Below, in pieces: positions 9,261-19,023 of a stretch of 64,000 nucleotides of DNA. Position 1 is the stretch's first letter; each line of letters begins with the position of its first letter. The notes beneath the pieces were generated by a model, which worked only from the letters and a program-made list of their open reading frames with translations, did not search any database and had not been told where the DNA came from. This DNA comes from an uncultured Candidatus Saccharibacteria bacterium (GTDB taxonomy: Bacteria; Patescibacteriota; Minisyncoccia; Phycocordibacterales; PALSA-1337). The DNA lies in the NCBI GenBank assembly GCA_964492835.1, contig CAZBLC010000002.1, positions 7,375 to 71,374 of the forward strand. The letters run 5' to 3'. The position numbers and the translations under genes are program-made.

Positions 9261-9950
9261 CTAGCTAGCTTTAGTAAACTCAGCAATAATCTCCCTTTCA
9301 TGATCGCTTGAAATAGCTTTCTTGAATTTTGCCTTCTTTCCCTTAACTCTACCCTCACATTCTGCCCATGTCTTATGTATCTCTATCTTTCCATCAACCA
9401 TACTTACATATGAATATGCTACTGCTTTAGAATGACTCTTCTTATTAGCCTTCTCAACTACTTTTGATAGGTCTAGTATATTTTGAGTGTGATATTTAGA
9501 GAATGGACCGTTATATAGTTCTGTTGGTTCGTCATCTGCGAAACTTGTTGCTATAACATCACATCTCTCATTACCAAGTATTCCTGAATGTCCTCCTACA
9601 TAGTTCCATGATATTTTCTTTCCCTCACTTGCTGATACTAGTTTCTGCCATAAGTCTCTGTTAGACACCTCCTCTTTAGTCTTAGTAACCCATCCATTAC
9701 GAATCCAACCATTTACCCACTTTGTAATTCCATTTATCACATATGATGAATCAGTATTTAATACTATTTCTTCACTAGATAAAACAGCATTTAGGCCATT
9801 GATAGCTGCAGAAAGTTCCATTCTGTTATTAGTAGTATTATCCTCTCTCCCTCCTAGTTCTGTAACGATATTGTCAGTTACGACAACAGACCCCCAGCCA
9901 CCTCTTCCTGGATTTCCTCTAGATGCTCCGTCTGTAAAGATTGTTATCAT
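9261..9950 (-). CDS. rnhA: ribonuclease HI with C-terminal hybrid-binding (Cauli_VI / RNase H1 N-terminal-type) domain
   Basis: N-terminal 150 aa carry RNase HI motifs (IFTDGASRGNPG…, …ELSAAI…, …NTDSSYV…, …GGHSG..GNERCD). C-terminal segment YSYVSMVDGKIEIHKTWAECEGRVKGKKAKFKKAISSDHEREIIAEF matches the HBD consensus (GIY.sWaeC…vkG…a.fKkF.t..eA..f). Confidence 0.8.
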   Translation of the reverse strand: MITIFTDGASRGNPGRGGWGSVVVTDNIVTELGGREDNTTNNRMELSAAINGLNAVLSSEEIVLNTDSSYVINGITKWVNGWIRNGWVTKTKEEVSNRDLWQKLVSASEGKKISWNYVGGHSGILGNERCDVIATSFADDEPTELYNGPFSKYHTQNILDLSKVVEKANKKSHSKAVAYSYVSMVDGKIEIHKTWAECEGRVKGKKAKFKKAISSDHEREIIAEFTKAS

Positions 9951-9952
9951 TT

Positions 9953-11647
9953 CTATATTATATCAACAATTCTTAATCTTAGCTCTGGCCTCCCTCTAAA
10001 CATAGATTTTTCCATACAAGCAATTAAATCCATACTATCCCCCACCTTTAGAGCATTACCAACTCTGTTTTTGAATGTATCCATAGTCATAAAGAAACCA
10101 ATAGCATTAACTATGCTTCCATTTGTTTTCTTGAATTGTAATTCTAAATGATTCTTCTCTTTACCGAATTCCTTTATATTCGAAATACATATGTCTCTAA
10201 AGATAAATATTGGTTTTTCATTACCAGTACCAAATGGAGATAGCCTATCTATTGCATTATATGTACTCCAATCAACATTATCTAATGTTAATTCCATATC
10301 TATATACTTCACTTCTGCAATAACATCATCTTGTGCAAGGAGTTTAAATCCTTCATTCAATCTATCATCTAGATGATGTATATCATCATTAGATACAGCA
10401 AATCCTCCTGATGCACTATGTCCTCCGTACTGAAGCATTGTTCCCACAGGTGCTTTCTTCATAATATCTACAACACTTACTGTTCCTCCAGATCTACATG
10501 ATCCTTTTATAATCCCATCTCCATCTCTCCCCCATAGAAATGCCGGTTTACCATATTCCTCAGCCAAGCTATTAGCAACTAAACCAAGTAGTGATGGTCT
10601 CCATTCTGGATTGCCTATAACTATAACGTTTCTAGGGTCATCCTTATGTCTCTCATTTATTACTTTCTTTATCTCCTTCACCAACTGAGCTACCTTAGTC
10701 TTTCTCTCTGTATTTATTCCATCCAAATGTTTTACATATTCATGTGCCTCTATATCATCATTTGTTGAAAGTAGCTTAAATGCATCCATTGGTACTCCCA
10801 TTCTTGATGCTGCATTAATTCTAGGTGTAATCATAAAACCAATATCATCCTCAGTAATATATCTTTGATCTATTTTTAAATGATTTAGTAATCTAACTAA
10901 TCCTTTTCTAGGACTCATCTTAAGTACCCTTAGTCCAAAATGTGCTAATGCTCTGTTCTCTCCTACAAGCGGTACCATATCAGAGAGTGTTGCAAGGCCT
11001 ACCATATCAAGTAGCCATTTTTCATGTCCCTCCTTCAATCCAAACCTATTAACCTTAAGTATTGCTTGTATTAATTTAAATCCAACACCAGAACCACAAA
11101 GTATCTTTTCTGGATACTCACAACCTTTTTGCTTATGATCCACTATTGCATATGCATCTGGCACTTCGTCATGTGGTTCATGATGGTCGGTGATGATAAC
11201 GTCTATACCATTCTCTTTTGCTTTCTTCACTGCCTCTGTGTCTGAAATACCACAATCGAGAGTAACTAGTAGACTAACTCCGTCCTTAGCAAAAATATCT
11301 ACGGCATCAGTATTTAGTCCAAATCCCTCATCATGTCTATGCGGGATATAGTTTGTAAAATTATTAAAATTTATCTTTTTAAAGAAATCATGAAATACCA
11401 CTCCAGCTGGTATACCATCAGCATCGTAATCGCTGTATATAACTATCTTTTCATTCCCCTCTATTGCCCTTACAATCCTCTCTGCTGCTTTCTTTGCATC
11501 TTTTAGTAGGAATGGATCATGTATATGATTATCGTAGTTTGGGTTGAGGAAGTTGTCCTTGTCCTCTTTAGTCTTTATGCCTCTATAGAAAAGTAGATTG
11601 TCGACTATATCTCCATCTATTCTCTCTCTGACTGAGTATTTTGGCAT
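9953..11647 (-). CDS. recJ: single-stranded-DNA-specific exonuclease RecJ (DHH/DHHA1)
   Basis: 564 aa. …IVIYSDYDADGIPAG… (motif I/II), …VIITDHHEP… (DHH), and a C-terminal OB-like region. Abuts rnhA. Confidence 0.85.
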   Translation of the reverse strand: MPKYSVRERIDGDIVDNLLFYRGIKTKEDKDNFLNPNYDNHIHDPFLLKDAKKAAERIVRAIEGNEKIVIYSDYDADGIPAGVVFHDFFKKINFNNFTNYIPHRHDEGFGLNTDAVDIFAKDGVSLLVTLDCGISDTEAVKKAKENGIDVIITDHHEPHDEVPDAYAIVDHKQKGCEYPEKILCGSGVGFKLIQAILKVNRFGLKEGHEKWLLDMVGLATLSDMVPLVGENRALAHFGLRVLKMSPRKGLVRLLNHLKIDQRYITEDDIGFMITPRINAASRMGVPMDAFKLLSTNDDIEAHEYVKHLDGINTERKTKVAQLVKEIKKVINERHKDDPRNVIVIGNPEWRPSLLGLVANSLAEEYGKPAFLWGRDGDGIIKGSCRSGGTVSVVDIMKKAPVGTMLQYGGHSASGGFAVSNDDIHHLDDRLNEGFKLLAQDDVIAEVKYIDMELTLDNVDWSTYNAIDRLSPFGTGNEKPIFIFRDICISNIKEFGKEKNHLELQFKKTNGSIVNAIGFFMTMDTFKNRVGNALKVGDSMDLIACMEKSMFRGRPELRLRIVDII

Positions 11648-11674
11648 GGAGGTAAGTATATCATTTAAATACTT

Positions 11675-12610
11675 CTACCTTACCGCAAACACCAAATCCC
11701 TTCCCTTGTCTCCTGAAACTAGATTACCATCATTATCAACCGTATTTACACTGTATCCATATACCCTATCCATCATATCTATAATTGAATTTCTAGTCTC
11801 TATATTTGATAGCTCACAGATTATATAACTCACTCTTTTGTTTTTTAGAGTTTCTACCATTCCAAAAATTACATCAGACTCAAACCCTTCGACATCTATT
11901 TTTATAACCTTAATATTTTGACTACCTACCAAACTATCTATTGTATCCACCAATACCTCTTGTTCCAGGTTCTCTCTCCCAAATTTTTTCTCTACATCCT
12001 CTCTACTGTATCCATGTATTCCTGTTTTGTAATTTAAGAATGGTAGTAGACTATTACCTCCATGATTAAGTGGATTGATATGTAATGTCATATTCCCCTT
12101 TTTACTACCAATAGCGATATTTCTTAAGTTTGGTTTAAAACCATTAAGTTGGCTGTTGTTACTTAGTAAATTAAAGTTACCTTTTTCTGGCTCACAAGAT
12201 ATTGTATTAGTACCCAAAGATGATGAGAGCATTGTGTAATACCCAACATTAGCTCCAATATCTATGAATCTATCACCATTATGTATTTGTTTACGGATAA
12301 ATTTAGTTAATGATTCCTCATATACTTTCATGAAAAAGAGATTTCTTTGTGTCTTTTCTGATATATCTAATTTCATAACGAATCCTTCAAAATTCTTCTT
12401 GATCCAGAATGGACCACCATTATCTAGCGATATTCTACCTAGTTCCATAAAGAATGGTGATAGCAGAACTCTGACTCGTAATGGGAATTTCCAAGACATC
12501 TTAACTAGAATTACATATAGATTAAACTTAATGTATCTTGGTAGATACTTAATTATATATCCTAGTACATATGCAATTACATTTTCTATATTAAAAAATA
12601 CTTTTTTCAT
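11675..12610 (-). CDS. FkbM-family SAM-dependent methyltransferase
   Basis: 311 aa. FIDIGANVGYYT motif of the FkbM methyltransferase family. Confidence 0.6.
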   Translation of the reverse strand: MKKVFFNIENVIAYVLGYIIKYLPRYIKFNLYVILVKMSWKFPLRVRVLLSPFFMELGRISLDNGGPFWIKKNFEGFVMKLDISEKTQRNLFFMKVYEESLTKFIRKQIHNGDRFIDIGANVGYYTMLSSSLGTNTISCEPEKGNFNLLSNNSQLNGFKPNLRNIAIGSKKGNMTLHINPLNHGGNSLLPFLNYKTGIHGYSREDVEKKFGRENLEQEVLVDTIDSLVGSQNIKVIKIDVEGFESDVIFGMVETLKNKRVSYIICELSNIETRNSIIDMMDRVYGYSVNTVDNDGNLVSGDKGRDLVFAVR

Positions 12611-12673
12611 TTGTTGCTAGTATACTCTGGTTACTAACTGGTTGTCTATTGCTACTATGATATACTTTTATCC

Positions 12674-13033
12674 ATGGAAAACTGTATATTTTGCAAAATT
12701 GCTAAGAAAGAGATACCTGCTAACGTGGTATATGAGGATAATGACTTCATTGCCTTTCTAGATATCAATCCTCAATCTCCAGGACATGTTCAAGTTATAC
12801 CTAAACAACACTACAGATGGGTATGGGATGTTCCTAATACTTCAAAGTATTTTGAAATAGCTAAAAAAATAGCTTTAGCTCAAAGAAGAGCTTTTAATAC
12901 TGACTTCATTCTAAGCCGCATTGTGGGGGACGAAGTACATCATGCTCATATATGGGTATTCCCTAATAGAGAGGTAGAAGGTGATAAAAAGGATTTTGAG
13001 GGAAATGCGAGAAAGATTGTAGAGAGTTTATAA
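12674..13033 (+). CDS. HIT (histidine triad) family nucleotide hydrolase
   Basis: 119 aa. MENCIFCKI…PQSPGHVQVIPK.HY… and histidine triad VHHAHIWVFP. Confidence 0.85.
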   Translation: MENCIFCKIAKKEIPANVVYEDNDFIAFLDINPQSPGHVQVIPKQHYRWVWDVPNTSKYFEIAKKIALAQRRAFNTDFILSRIVGDEVHHAHIWVFPNREVEGDKKDFEGNARKIVESL

Positions 13034-13079
13034 CAAAATCACCCACCGAACATTTGTTGGTGGGCGTGATTCAAGACAG

Positions 13080-13313
13080 CTATTCTTCTGGGTTGCCTGG
13101 TATCATTTCAACCAGGCCTCTACCTTTACTGTTGCAGTGTCCGCAATACATTTTGCTTGCGTCTGGCTCGGCAAAGGGTTGTGGGTGGTCGCATTCATAT
13201 TTGCAGTGTGCAGTTGTGACGCCATTAGCCACATACCACTTGTCCTCTGGTTTAATTGCAGTTGGTGATTCGTTCATTCCGAGAATGAATATATCACGCA
13301 ACACAACAAACAC
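13080..13313 (-). CDS. small Cys4 zinc-ribbon-like protein (uncertain)
   Basis: 77 aa with C-x3-C … C-x2-C (HCKYECDH…CGHCNSKG). Local GC is above flanking sequence. A hairpin at about 13040-13075 (atcacccacc…ggtgggcgtgat) flanked by U-rich sequence on the minus strand would terminate it. Confidence 0.3.
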   Translation of the reverse strand: MFVVLRDIFILGMNESPTAIKPEDKWYVANGVTTAHCKYECDHPQPFAEPDASKMYCGHCNSKGRGLVEMIPGNPEE

Positions 13314-13321
13314 AAAGTAGG

Positions 13322-14401
13322 TTAATTACCCCTCCCCATCGCCTCTATCCCCGGTAACGTACCCTTTGCTAGATAATCAAGCATTGCTCCTCCACCTGTA
13401 GATACAAAGGTAAATGAATCTTCAAGTTTTAACTCTGCAATAGCAGCTAGAGTATCTCCTCCACCAACTATTGTCTTAACTCCGTTCTTAGTTGCATCAG
13501 CTAACATTCTAGACAATTCTAATGTAGGTTGCTTGTATCCTAATTCATAAGCACCAAGTGGACCATTACATAGTATAAACTTAGCTTTAGCAATCTCCTC
13601 TCTCAACATATCTACAGTCTTTACTCCTACATCCATAATTGCGGTACCCTTAAGAACTGTATCTAGAGGGAGAAGAATCTTTTTGTTATCCAAATATCTA
13701 CTTAAATCAATCCTATTATCAGAAACCAGAGAGTCACCAATATCAATCCCTTTCTCTCTTAGGAAATCATTAGCTAAAGCTCCACCGACAAACATTGTAT
13801 CTACTGAGTCTATAAACTTATCAACTAGAGGTATCTTAGTCTCAAACTTCGCTCCGCCTAGGATGAAGAGGAATGGATGTTCTGGCTTGAACGCCAAACT
13901 TAAATGCCTTATCTCCTCTTCAAACTGAAAGCCGATATAACTTGGAATGAATTCAGTTATAGCGCATACAGAAGCATGCTCTCTATGAGATACAGAAAAT
14001 GCTTCATTAACATAAATATCAGCAAGTGATGCTAATTCTTTAGCAAACTGCCTATCATTCTTCTTCTCCCCTTCATTTACACGTATATTTTCTAGAAGTA
14101 TTACCCTTTCATTACTACCGAGTACTTTTCTATAGTTCTTCTCAAAATGACAATTAACACCTAGTGTAGAAAGATGTTTGGCAACTGGTTCCAGAGTCGG
14201 ATTATCCTTTGTCTCGATATGACTCATTAGGATAACATTGGCACCACCGTCATATAGATACTTAATTAGTGGTATAGCTTTACGTATTCTAAAGTCGTCT
14301 ACTATACGACCATTCTCTACTGGTACATTCAAATCTAGTCTAACTAGAACCTTAACTCCATTTAAATTCTCTACTTCTTTTATACTTTTCATATTAGGCA
14401 A
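13322..14401 (-). CDS. pgk: phosphoglycerate kinase
   Basis: 359 aa. N-terminal …VLVRLDLNVP… and C-terminal …TIVGGGDT.AA… motifs. Overlaps tpiA stop by 8 nt. Confidence 0.9.
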   Translation of the reverse strand: MPNMKSIKEVENLNGVKVLVRLDLNVPVENGRIVDDFRIRKAIPLIKYLYDGGANVILMSHIETKDNPTLEPVAKHLSTLGVNCHFEKNYRKVLGSNERVILLENIRVNEGEKKNDRQFAKELASLADIYVNEAFSVSHREHASVCAITEFIPSYIGFQFEEEIRHLSLAFKPEHPFLFILGGAKFETKIPLVDKFIDSVDTMFVGGALANDFLREKGIDIGDSLVSDNRIDLSRYLDNKKILLPLDTVLKGTAIMDVGVKTVDMLREEIAKAKFILCNGPLGAYELGYKQPTLELSRMLADATKNGVKTIVGGGDTLAAIAELKLEDSFTFVSTGGGAMLDYLAKGTLPGIEAMGRGN

Positions 14402-15146
14402 TATCTACAGTTTTTAGTAATTCAACAAAACTTGGTGGATTAACACTCTCACGTCCAATTAATAGTCCATCTACTTGTCCTTTCTCAAATATTTCTAAAG
14501 CATTTCTAAAGTTTACTGATCCACCATATAGTATTGGAGTAGATACAGCTAGATCATGACCATATATATCTGAGAGCACTTTCTTGATGAATATTGATGT
14601 CTCATATATCTCTGAAGAATTCATAGCTTCTTTTGCTCCAATTGCCCATATTGGTTCATAGGCAACGATTAATTTATCAATATTCTTCTTATTAACCTTA
14701 TTCAAAGAATTCTTTATCTGCTCCTTTAGAAACTCTAAATGACTTCCATCCTCATTTCTCTCTTTCTCTCCAATACACAATATTGGACTAATATCTTGTT
14801 CAAGTAGAGCTTGAACCTTGTTTGATATGTTTTCGTCTGTCTCCCCCATCTTACGTCTCTCTGAGTGACCGACGATAACATGAGATACTCCTAGATCTTT
14901 AAGCATTAGTGGACTAACTTCTCCAGTGAATGATCCTTGTCCTTCTGCATTTACATTCTGTGCCCCTATAGATACTGAAGATATTGTCTTAACTAAACTC
15001 GGAATATATACAAATGGTGGACATACGATCACCTTAACTGAATTTAATTTATCTGCAGTACTTTTAGTAGATTTAAATAGCTTTTTTGCCAAATCAAGCG
15101 ATATCGGATTCATCTTCCAGTTACCAACTATTATTCTTTTTTTCAT
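14394..15146 (-). CDS. tpiA: triose-phosphate isomerase
   Basis: 250 aa. …IVGNWKMN…, …VIVGHSERR…, …AYEPIWAIG…, …ILYGGSV…. Confidence 0.9.
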   Translation of the reverse strand: MKKRIIVGNWKMNPISLDLAKKLFKSTKSTADKLNSVKVIVCPPFVYIPSLVKTISSVSIGAQNVNAEGQGSFTGEVSPLMLKDLGVSHVIVGHSERRKMGETDENISNKVQALLEQDISPILCIGEKERNEDGSHLEFLKEQIKNSLNKVNKKNIDKLIVAYEPIWAIGAKEAMNSSEIYETSIFIKKVLSDIYGHDLAVSTPILYGGSVNFRNALEIFEKGQVDGLLIGRESVNPPSFVELLKTVDIA

Positions 15147-15164
15147 GCAATCATTATATCACGA

Positions 15165-16628
15165 CTATTTAACCTCTTCCCATGACAAAGTAGTATATTG
15201 ATTTGATGTTAACGGGAAGCTTGGTGGTGGAGCGTATAGCAGGTTTCCATCATATATGATCTCACGTATGGTGTATCCTGATGATATTGAAGCTGCACTA
15301 CCCCAAGCAAAACCATATCTCTTGTTAGTACCAATCATTCCGTAGAGTGTAAGCTTGTTCTCCTTATGTGTAGAACCGCAGTTGCTTGAATAGTAATACC
15401 TTCCGGCACGACCGTTCTGTGCCATAAGGGCGGCATCTATTCTTAGATTCTCATCACCATCAAAGTCGTTGTATAGCCCGGTTGTAATATTACCCTGAGC
15501 AATTAGAGCTATTGCATCCTGTCCGTCATAGTTGGTATATAGCAGATCGTCATTTATGATAATATTCTTCCATGTTGATGGACTATCTGGAAACTTACCG
15601 GCTGCAATTGTTACTCTCGCTGAATTAATATCACCATCTACCCATACGTGATCCTCAACAAACACAATTCCATTTGCTGGTATTGCTGAGTTCTCAATGA
15701 ACGTCTGTGCACCTCCTGTATTGTTTATACTCCACACTCCCCACCCTGTCTCACTCTGCGAGTTATTACAATTAACTGGAGCTGATCTAAGAGAGTTAAC
15801 TCTGTAAATATCGAATGTATCATTCGTCTTAAGTACAATATGATATCCCTGTGCGCCTGATGCGGCATAGTACTTACCACCAGATATTGCATTTGCTTTC
15901 ATTGAAGACAAATCTGTTGTTATACCTGTGAAATCAACTACAGCTACTGGAAACTGTCTACCTGCCATAAACACATCTGGTCTACTAGGTACAACTGCAG
16001 GTGGTGTTGTATCGTTATTCAATTCTGAAGGATTAAGAGTTGTATATACTCCGAACTGATACCAGTTACTACTCTGATCTGTATCAATATATTTAGTCTT
16101 CGCACTAGTAATTACGTTATGTGCCAGTCCATCAAAATGTATTCCGTCATTTGAATGTATTGGACCGAATACCTCAGTACCAACTCCGAAGTTCATAATA
16201 TCATTTGCTACTACAGCAAACTTTGCAAATGATGGTATAGCGAGTGATACTTGCAGTGTTCTAGATACAGATGGGTCTGATATTACAGTTCCCTTCGACT
16301 TTATCTTAATCAAAGTAGAACCTACCAATGGAGGTGTGATAGTTAGAGCAAACTGACCAATTACATTACCATCCTTGTCCTCAAAATCATGAATGAATGG
16401 ACCATTTGTAGTAGTTGCATTTCCATCTTTATAGTCATTTGATGCATGAGCAAGATGCCATCTATAGTAATCAACTCCAGCTTCAGCTATCTGCATCGCT
16501 TGTTCTCTAGCTGTTAGCTGTCTTGTACTCTTAAGCATACTTCCTCCCCAATTAACTAAGGCTGATGTAACAACCATAGCTATGACTCCAAAGACCAGAA
16601 CGTTTACTAAAATAAATCCTTTTTTCAT
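15165..16628 (-). CDS. pilin-like / pseudopilin-like protein with atypical class-III signal
   Basis: 487 aa. N-terminus MKKGFILVNVLVFGVIAMVVTSAL resembles a prepilin leader plus hydrophobic helix but has N rather than E at +5. Lies directly upstream of two canonical prepilin genes. Confidence 0.4.
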   Translation of the reverse strand: MKKGFILVNVLVFGVIAMVVTSALVNWGGSMLKSTRQLTAREQAMQIAEAGVDYYRWHLAHASNDYKDGNATTTNGPFIHDFEDKDGNVIGQFALTITPPLVGSTLIKIKSKGTVISDPSVSRTLQVSLAIPSFAKFAVVANDIMNFGVGTEVFGPIHSNDGIHFDGLAHNVITSAKTKYIDTDQSSNWYQFGVYTTLNPSELNNDTTPPAVVPSRPDVFMAGRQFPVAVVDFTGITTDLSSMKANAISGGKYYAASGAQGYHIVLKTNDTFDIYRVNSLRSAPVNCNNSQSETGWGVWSINNTGGAQTFIENSAIPANGIVFVEDHVWVDGDINSARVTIAAGKFPDSPSTWKNIIINDDLLYTNYDGQDAIALIAQGNITTGLYNDFDGDENLRIDAALMAQNGRAGRYYYSSNCGSTHKENKLTLYGMIGTNKRYGFAWGSAASISSGYTIREIIYDGNLLYAPPPSFPLTSNQYTTLSWEEVK

Positions 16629-17236
16629 AAATTATCTTTTAAATTTCTAAAATTTACTTGTGTGGTATATGTTCTGATTACTGGAGACTTATTCGGATCG
16701 GCATCGATCATTAGATTGATCTTTACTAGATGTGCATTTGTTACTGTTATAGGTTGTGTGAGAGGACTACTAGTACCTGCATAGTTGCTATCATAATATT
16801 CAAATAAAGGACTTGAAGTAGCATTCTTAACATTGTATGCAAGAGTACTGAATGTCTCATTGGCTGAGTTATACGTTAGTGGATTACCACTTGGCTTTAT
16901 ACTTCCCCTCTTTAGGGTTGTGGTTGCGATATAGTATCTGATTTTTTCTTTTAATCCGTCAGTATCTGTATCGCTATAGAAAGTAATGGTATTTGTTGCT
17001 GCTGTTTGTATTGCGAATGATCCATCGTTTCCTGGTGATGCTGTTCTTAATTCTCGGACCATAACACGTAGAACATTTCTTGCATCCTGCGCACTTGTAA
17101 GTGAGTCTTGTGAGTATTTGTTATTAACAAATACATCTCTTTGGAAACTTCCAACTGCAACTGCAATAATTCCTACAATTGCAGTAACAACAACTATCTC
17201 TGCTAATGTAAATCCTTTTGTATAGTATATTTTCAT
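16625..17236 (-). CDS. type IV pilin / pseudopilin (prepilin-type N-terminal cleavage/methylation domain)
   Basis: 203 aa. N-terminus …YYTKGFTLAEIVVVTAIVGIIA has the canonical G/FTLAE prepilin peptidase site. Confidence 0.8.
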   Translation of the reverse strand: MKIYYTKGFTLAEIVVVTAIVGIIAVAVGSFQRDVFVNNKYSQDSLTSAQDARNVLRVMVRELRTASPGNDGSFAIQTAATNTITFYSDTDTDGLKEKIRYYIATTTLKRGSIKPSGNPLTYNSANETFSTLAYNVKNATSSPLFEYYDSNYAGTSSPLTQPITVTNAHLVKINLMIDADPNKSPVIRTYTTQVNFRNLKDNL

Positions 17237-19023
17237 TATGGTGTAAGTATTATCTCACTTTCTTGCCATGATGCACTAACATCCACATCAGCTGATGCTG
17301 TTGTATATCCATCTTTTACTACCTCTATATGATAGCTTCCTGCTGATAGTCCTGAGAATATCACTTGTCCTGGTGGAGTACATGAGGAAGTAACTGTGAA
17401 TGATACGTCTGAAATATTAGGTGTAGTTGTTGTACTTTGTGAGCTTAAGAATATCTTGTACCTAGCATATCTATCTCCATTGTGAGCAGAAGATATTACG
17501 GAGTTTGGTGAAGTATAGTATGTACCTGATGTTCCGTCTGGTCCTTTGTATGCCCACGTTGTAGTTGATGAAGTAGCATTTGTTGCGAATTGAAACCTCA
17601 CGCTATTAGCACCACTAGTTACTGGTTGATCATTAGGACTCCAGATTAGGTTATAGAAATTACTTATATATCCCGTATCTATAGTTGATGACTCAATAAC
17701 TCCATTTAGGTTATATTCTCCGAAAGCATTCTTTAACTTCACCTCCCCATTTGGACTTGTTACATCTATATTTCCATCATCACTAAAATATCTAGTTTTA
17801 TCTGTATATATAATTTGACTATCTCCACCCGACCAATCTGTCTGATTGATATATCCCCTGCCAGTAATTGCTGTGTCTGAGAATGAATTCCTTGTTATAG
17901 TCACCTCTGCATCTGATATTGGTAATTGCGTTGCTCCATCCTTAACTGTCACAAGAAGTCTATTAGCATCCTTAGGTGCGACAATTACGTTTATACTCTG
18001 ATTTGTATTTGGTCCTACATCTATTGGATTAAGTGGGTTTAGTCCAATGACATCATAACTACCATCTATACCTCGTATGGTATATGAATCCCATTCGATA
18101 CCAGAACTTGAATATTCGCCAGATGCATTAGTTATTAAATCTTGTGAATACTTAGCTAGATTTAATCCAATCTTTTTTTCTCCTGTCAGATTAAAATCCA
18201 TACTAGGTATTACCGTACACTCTGGAGTTACACTTGATATGGTTAATGATGATAGCCTATCAATTGAAAAACTAATTTGAGTTAGTTGTTGAATGATAAC
18301 GGTTGCATGTGGTTTAGTTGGACTTGGATTACCTCCTGTTACTGCATATGTCCTGTCAGTTGAGTATCCACTCTTTGTTACCGTTATCTGATAGCTATCA
18401 GCACTTGGTGATGCATCTACTACTTGCAGTAGCCCATCGTTATCAGTGACATCATTAATTAATATATTTGGTGTAACGCTATTGTTAACAATAGTTACAC
18501 TAGCATCTGGTACTGGCACTCCATTGGAATCAAAGACTTTAACGAAGAGTGCTCCATTGGTCGATGCGGTCTCTAGGTTCTTTGGCGCTACCCTAGTTGT
18601 TAATGTTATTGGAGTAAAGTTCTTACATGTAGGACAATTAACCTCTACTTCTACAGATTTGTTATCAGCTGGTGACAGGTCATTTGTTGTACTCCCTATC
18701 TGTCCATCGAATGGTAAATCTACGTTTCGTATTGTTGTAGTTACTACAAAAGAAATATTACTTCTAGTTAGATTCTGTATATGAGGTATCTTACCATTAG
18801 GTACTCCTCCGGGAATTCCGACATCTGTATATGAAAGGTTCCTTATTATCTCAAATTGTTCATTAGCAAGATTTAATGCAATTATCTTGTATTGATTCTG
18901 ATTGATTAGAGCGAACAATCCTAGATATGCTTGATAGCTTGCAGTAGCTATCACAAGGAATACTCCAACAGAGACAACTGTCTCTATTAGTGTGAATCCT
19001 CTTTTTTTAAAAGAATTAAACAT
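17236..19023 (-). CDS. large prepilin-type protein (pilus-associated adhesin-like minor pilin)
   Basis: 595 aa. N-terminus …KKRGFTLIETVVSVGVFLVIA is a canonical prepilin signal. The rest is Thr/Ser/Asn-rich beta-rich sequence, consistent with a tip or adhesin-type pilin. Confidence 0.65.
   Translation of the reverse strand: MFNSFKKRGFTLIETVVSVGVFLVIATASYQAYLGLFALINQNQYKIIALNLANEQFEIIRNLSYTDVGIPGGVPNGKIPHIQNLTRSNISFVVTTTIRNVDLPFDGQIGSTTNDLSPADNKSVEVEVNCPTCKNFTPITLTTRVAPKNLETASTNGALFVKVFDSNGVPVPDASVTIVNNSVTPNILINDVTDNDGLLQVVDASPSADSYQITVTKSGYSTDRTYAVTGGNPSPTKPHATVIIQQLTQISFSIDRLSSLTISSVTPECTVIPSMDFNLTGEKKIGLNLAKYSQDLITNASGEYSSSGIEWDSYTIRGIDGSYDVIGLNPLNPIDVGPNTNQSINVIVAPKDANRLLVTVKDGATQLPISDAEVTITRNSFSDTAITGRGYINQTDWSGGDSQIIYTDKTRYFSDDGNIDVTSPNGEVKLKNAFGEYNLNGVIESSTIDTGYISNFYNLIWSPNDQPVTSGANSVRFQFATNATSSTTTWAYKGPDGTSGTYYTSPNSVISSAHNGDRYARYKIFLSSQSTTTTPNISDVSFTVTSSCTPPGQVIFSGLSAGSYHIEVVKDGYTTASADVDVSASWQESEIILTP

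Noticed and set aside
12264-12620. 118-aa plus-strand ORF inside the FkbM methyltransferase gene
   Set aside because: It is antisense to a gene with a clear family motif and has no independent support.
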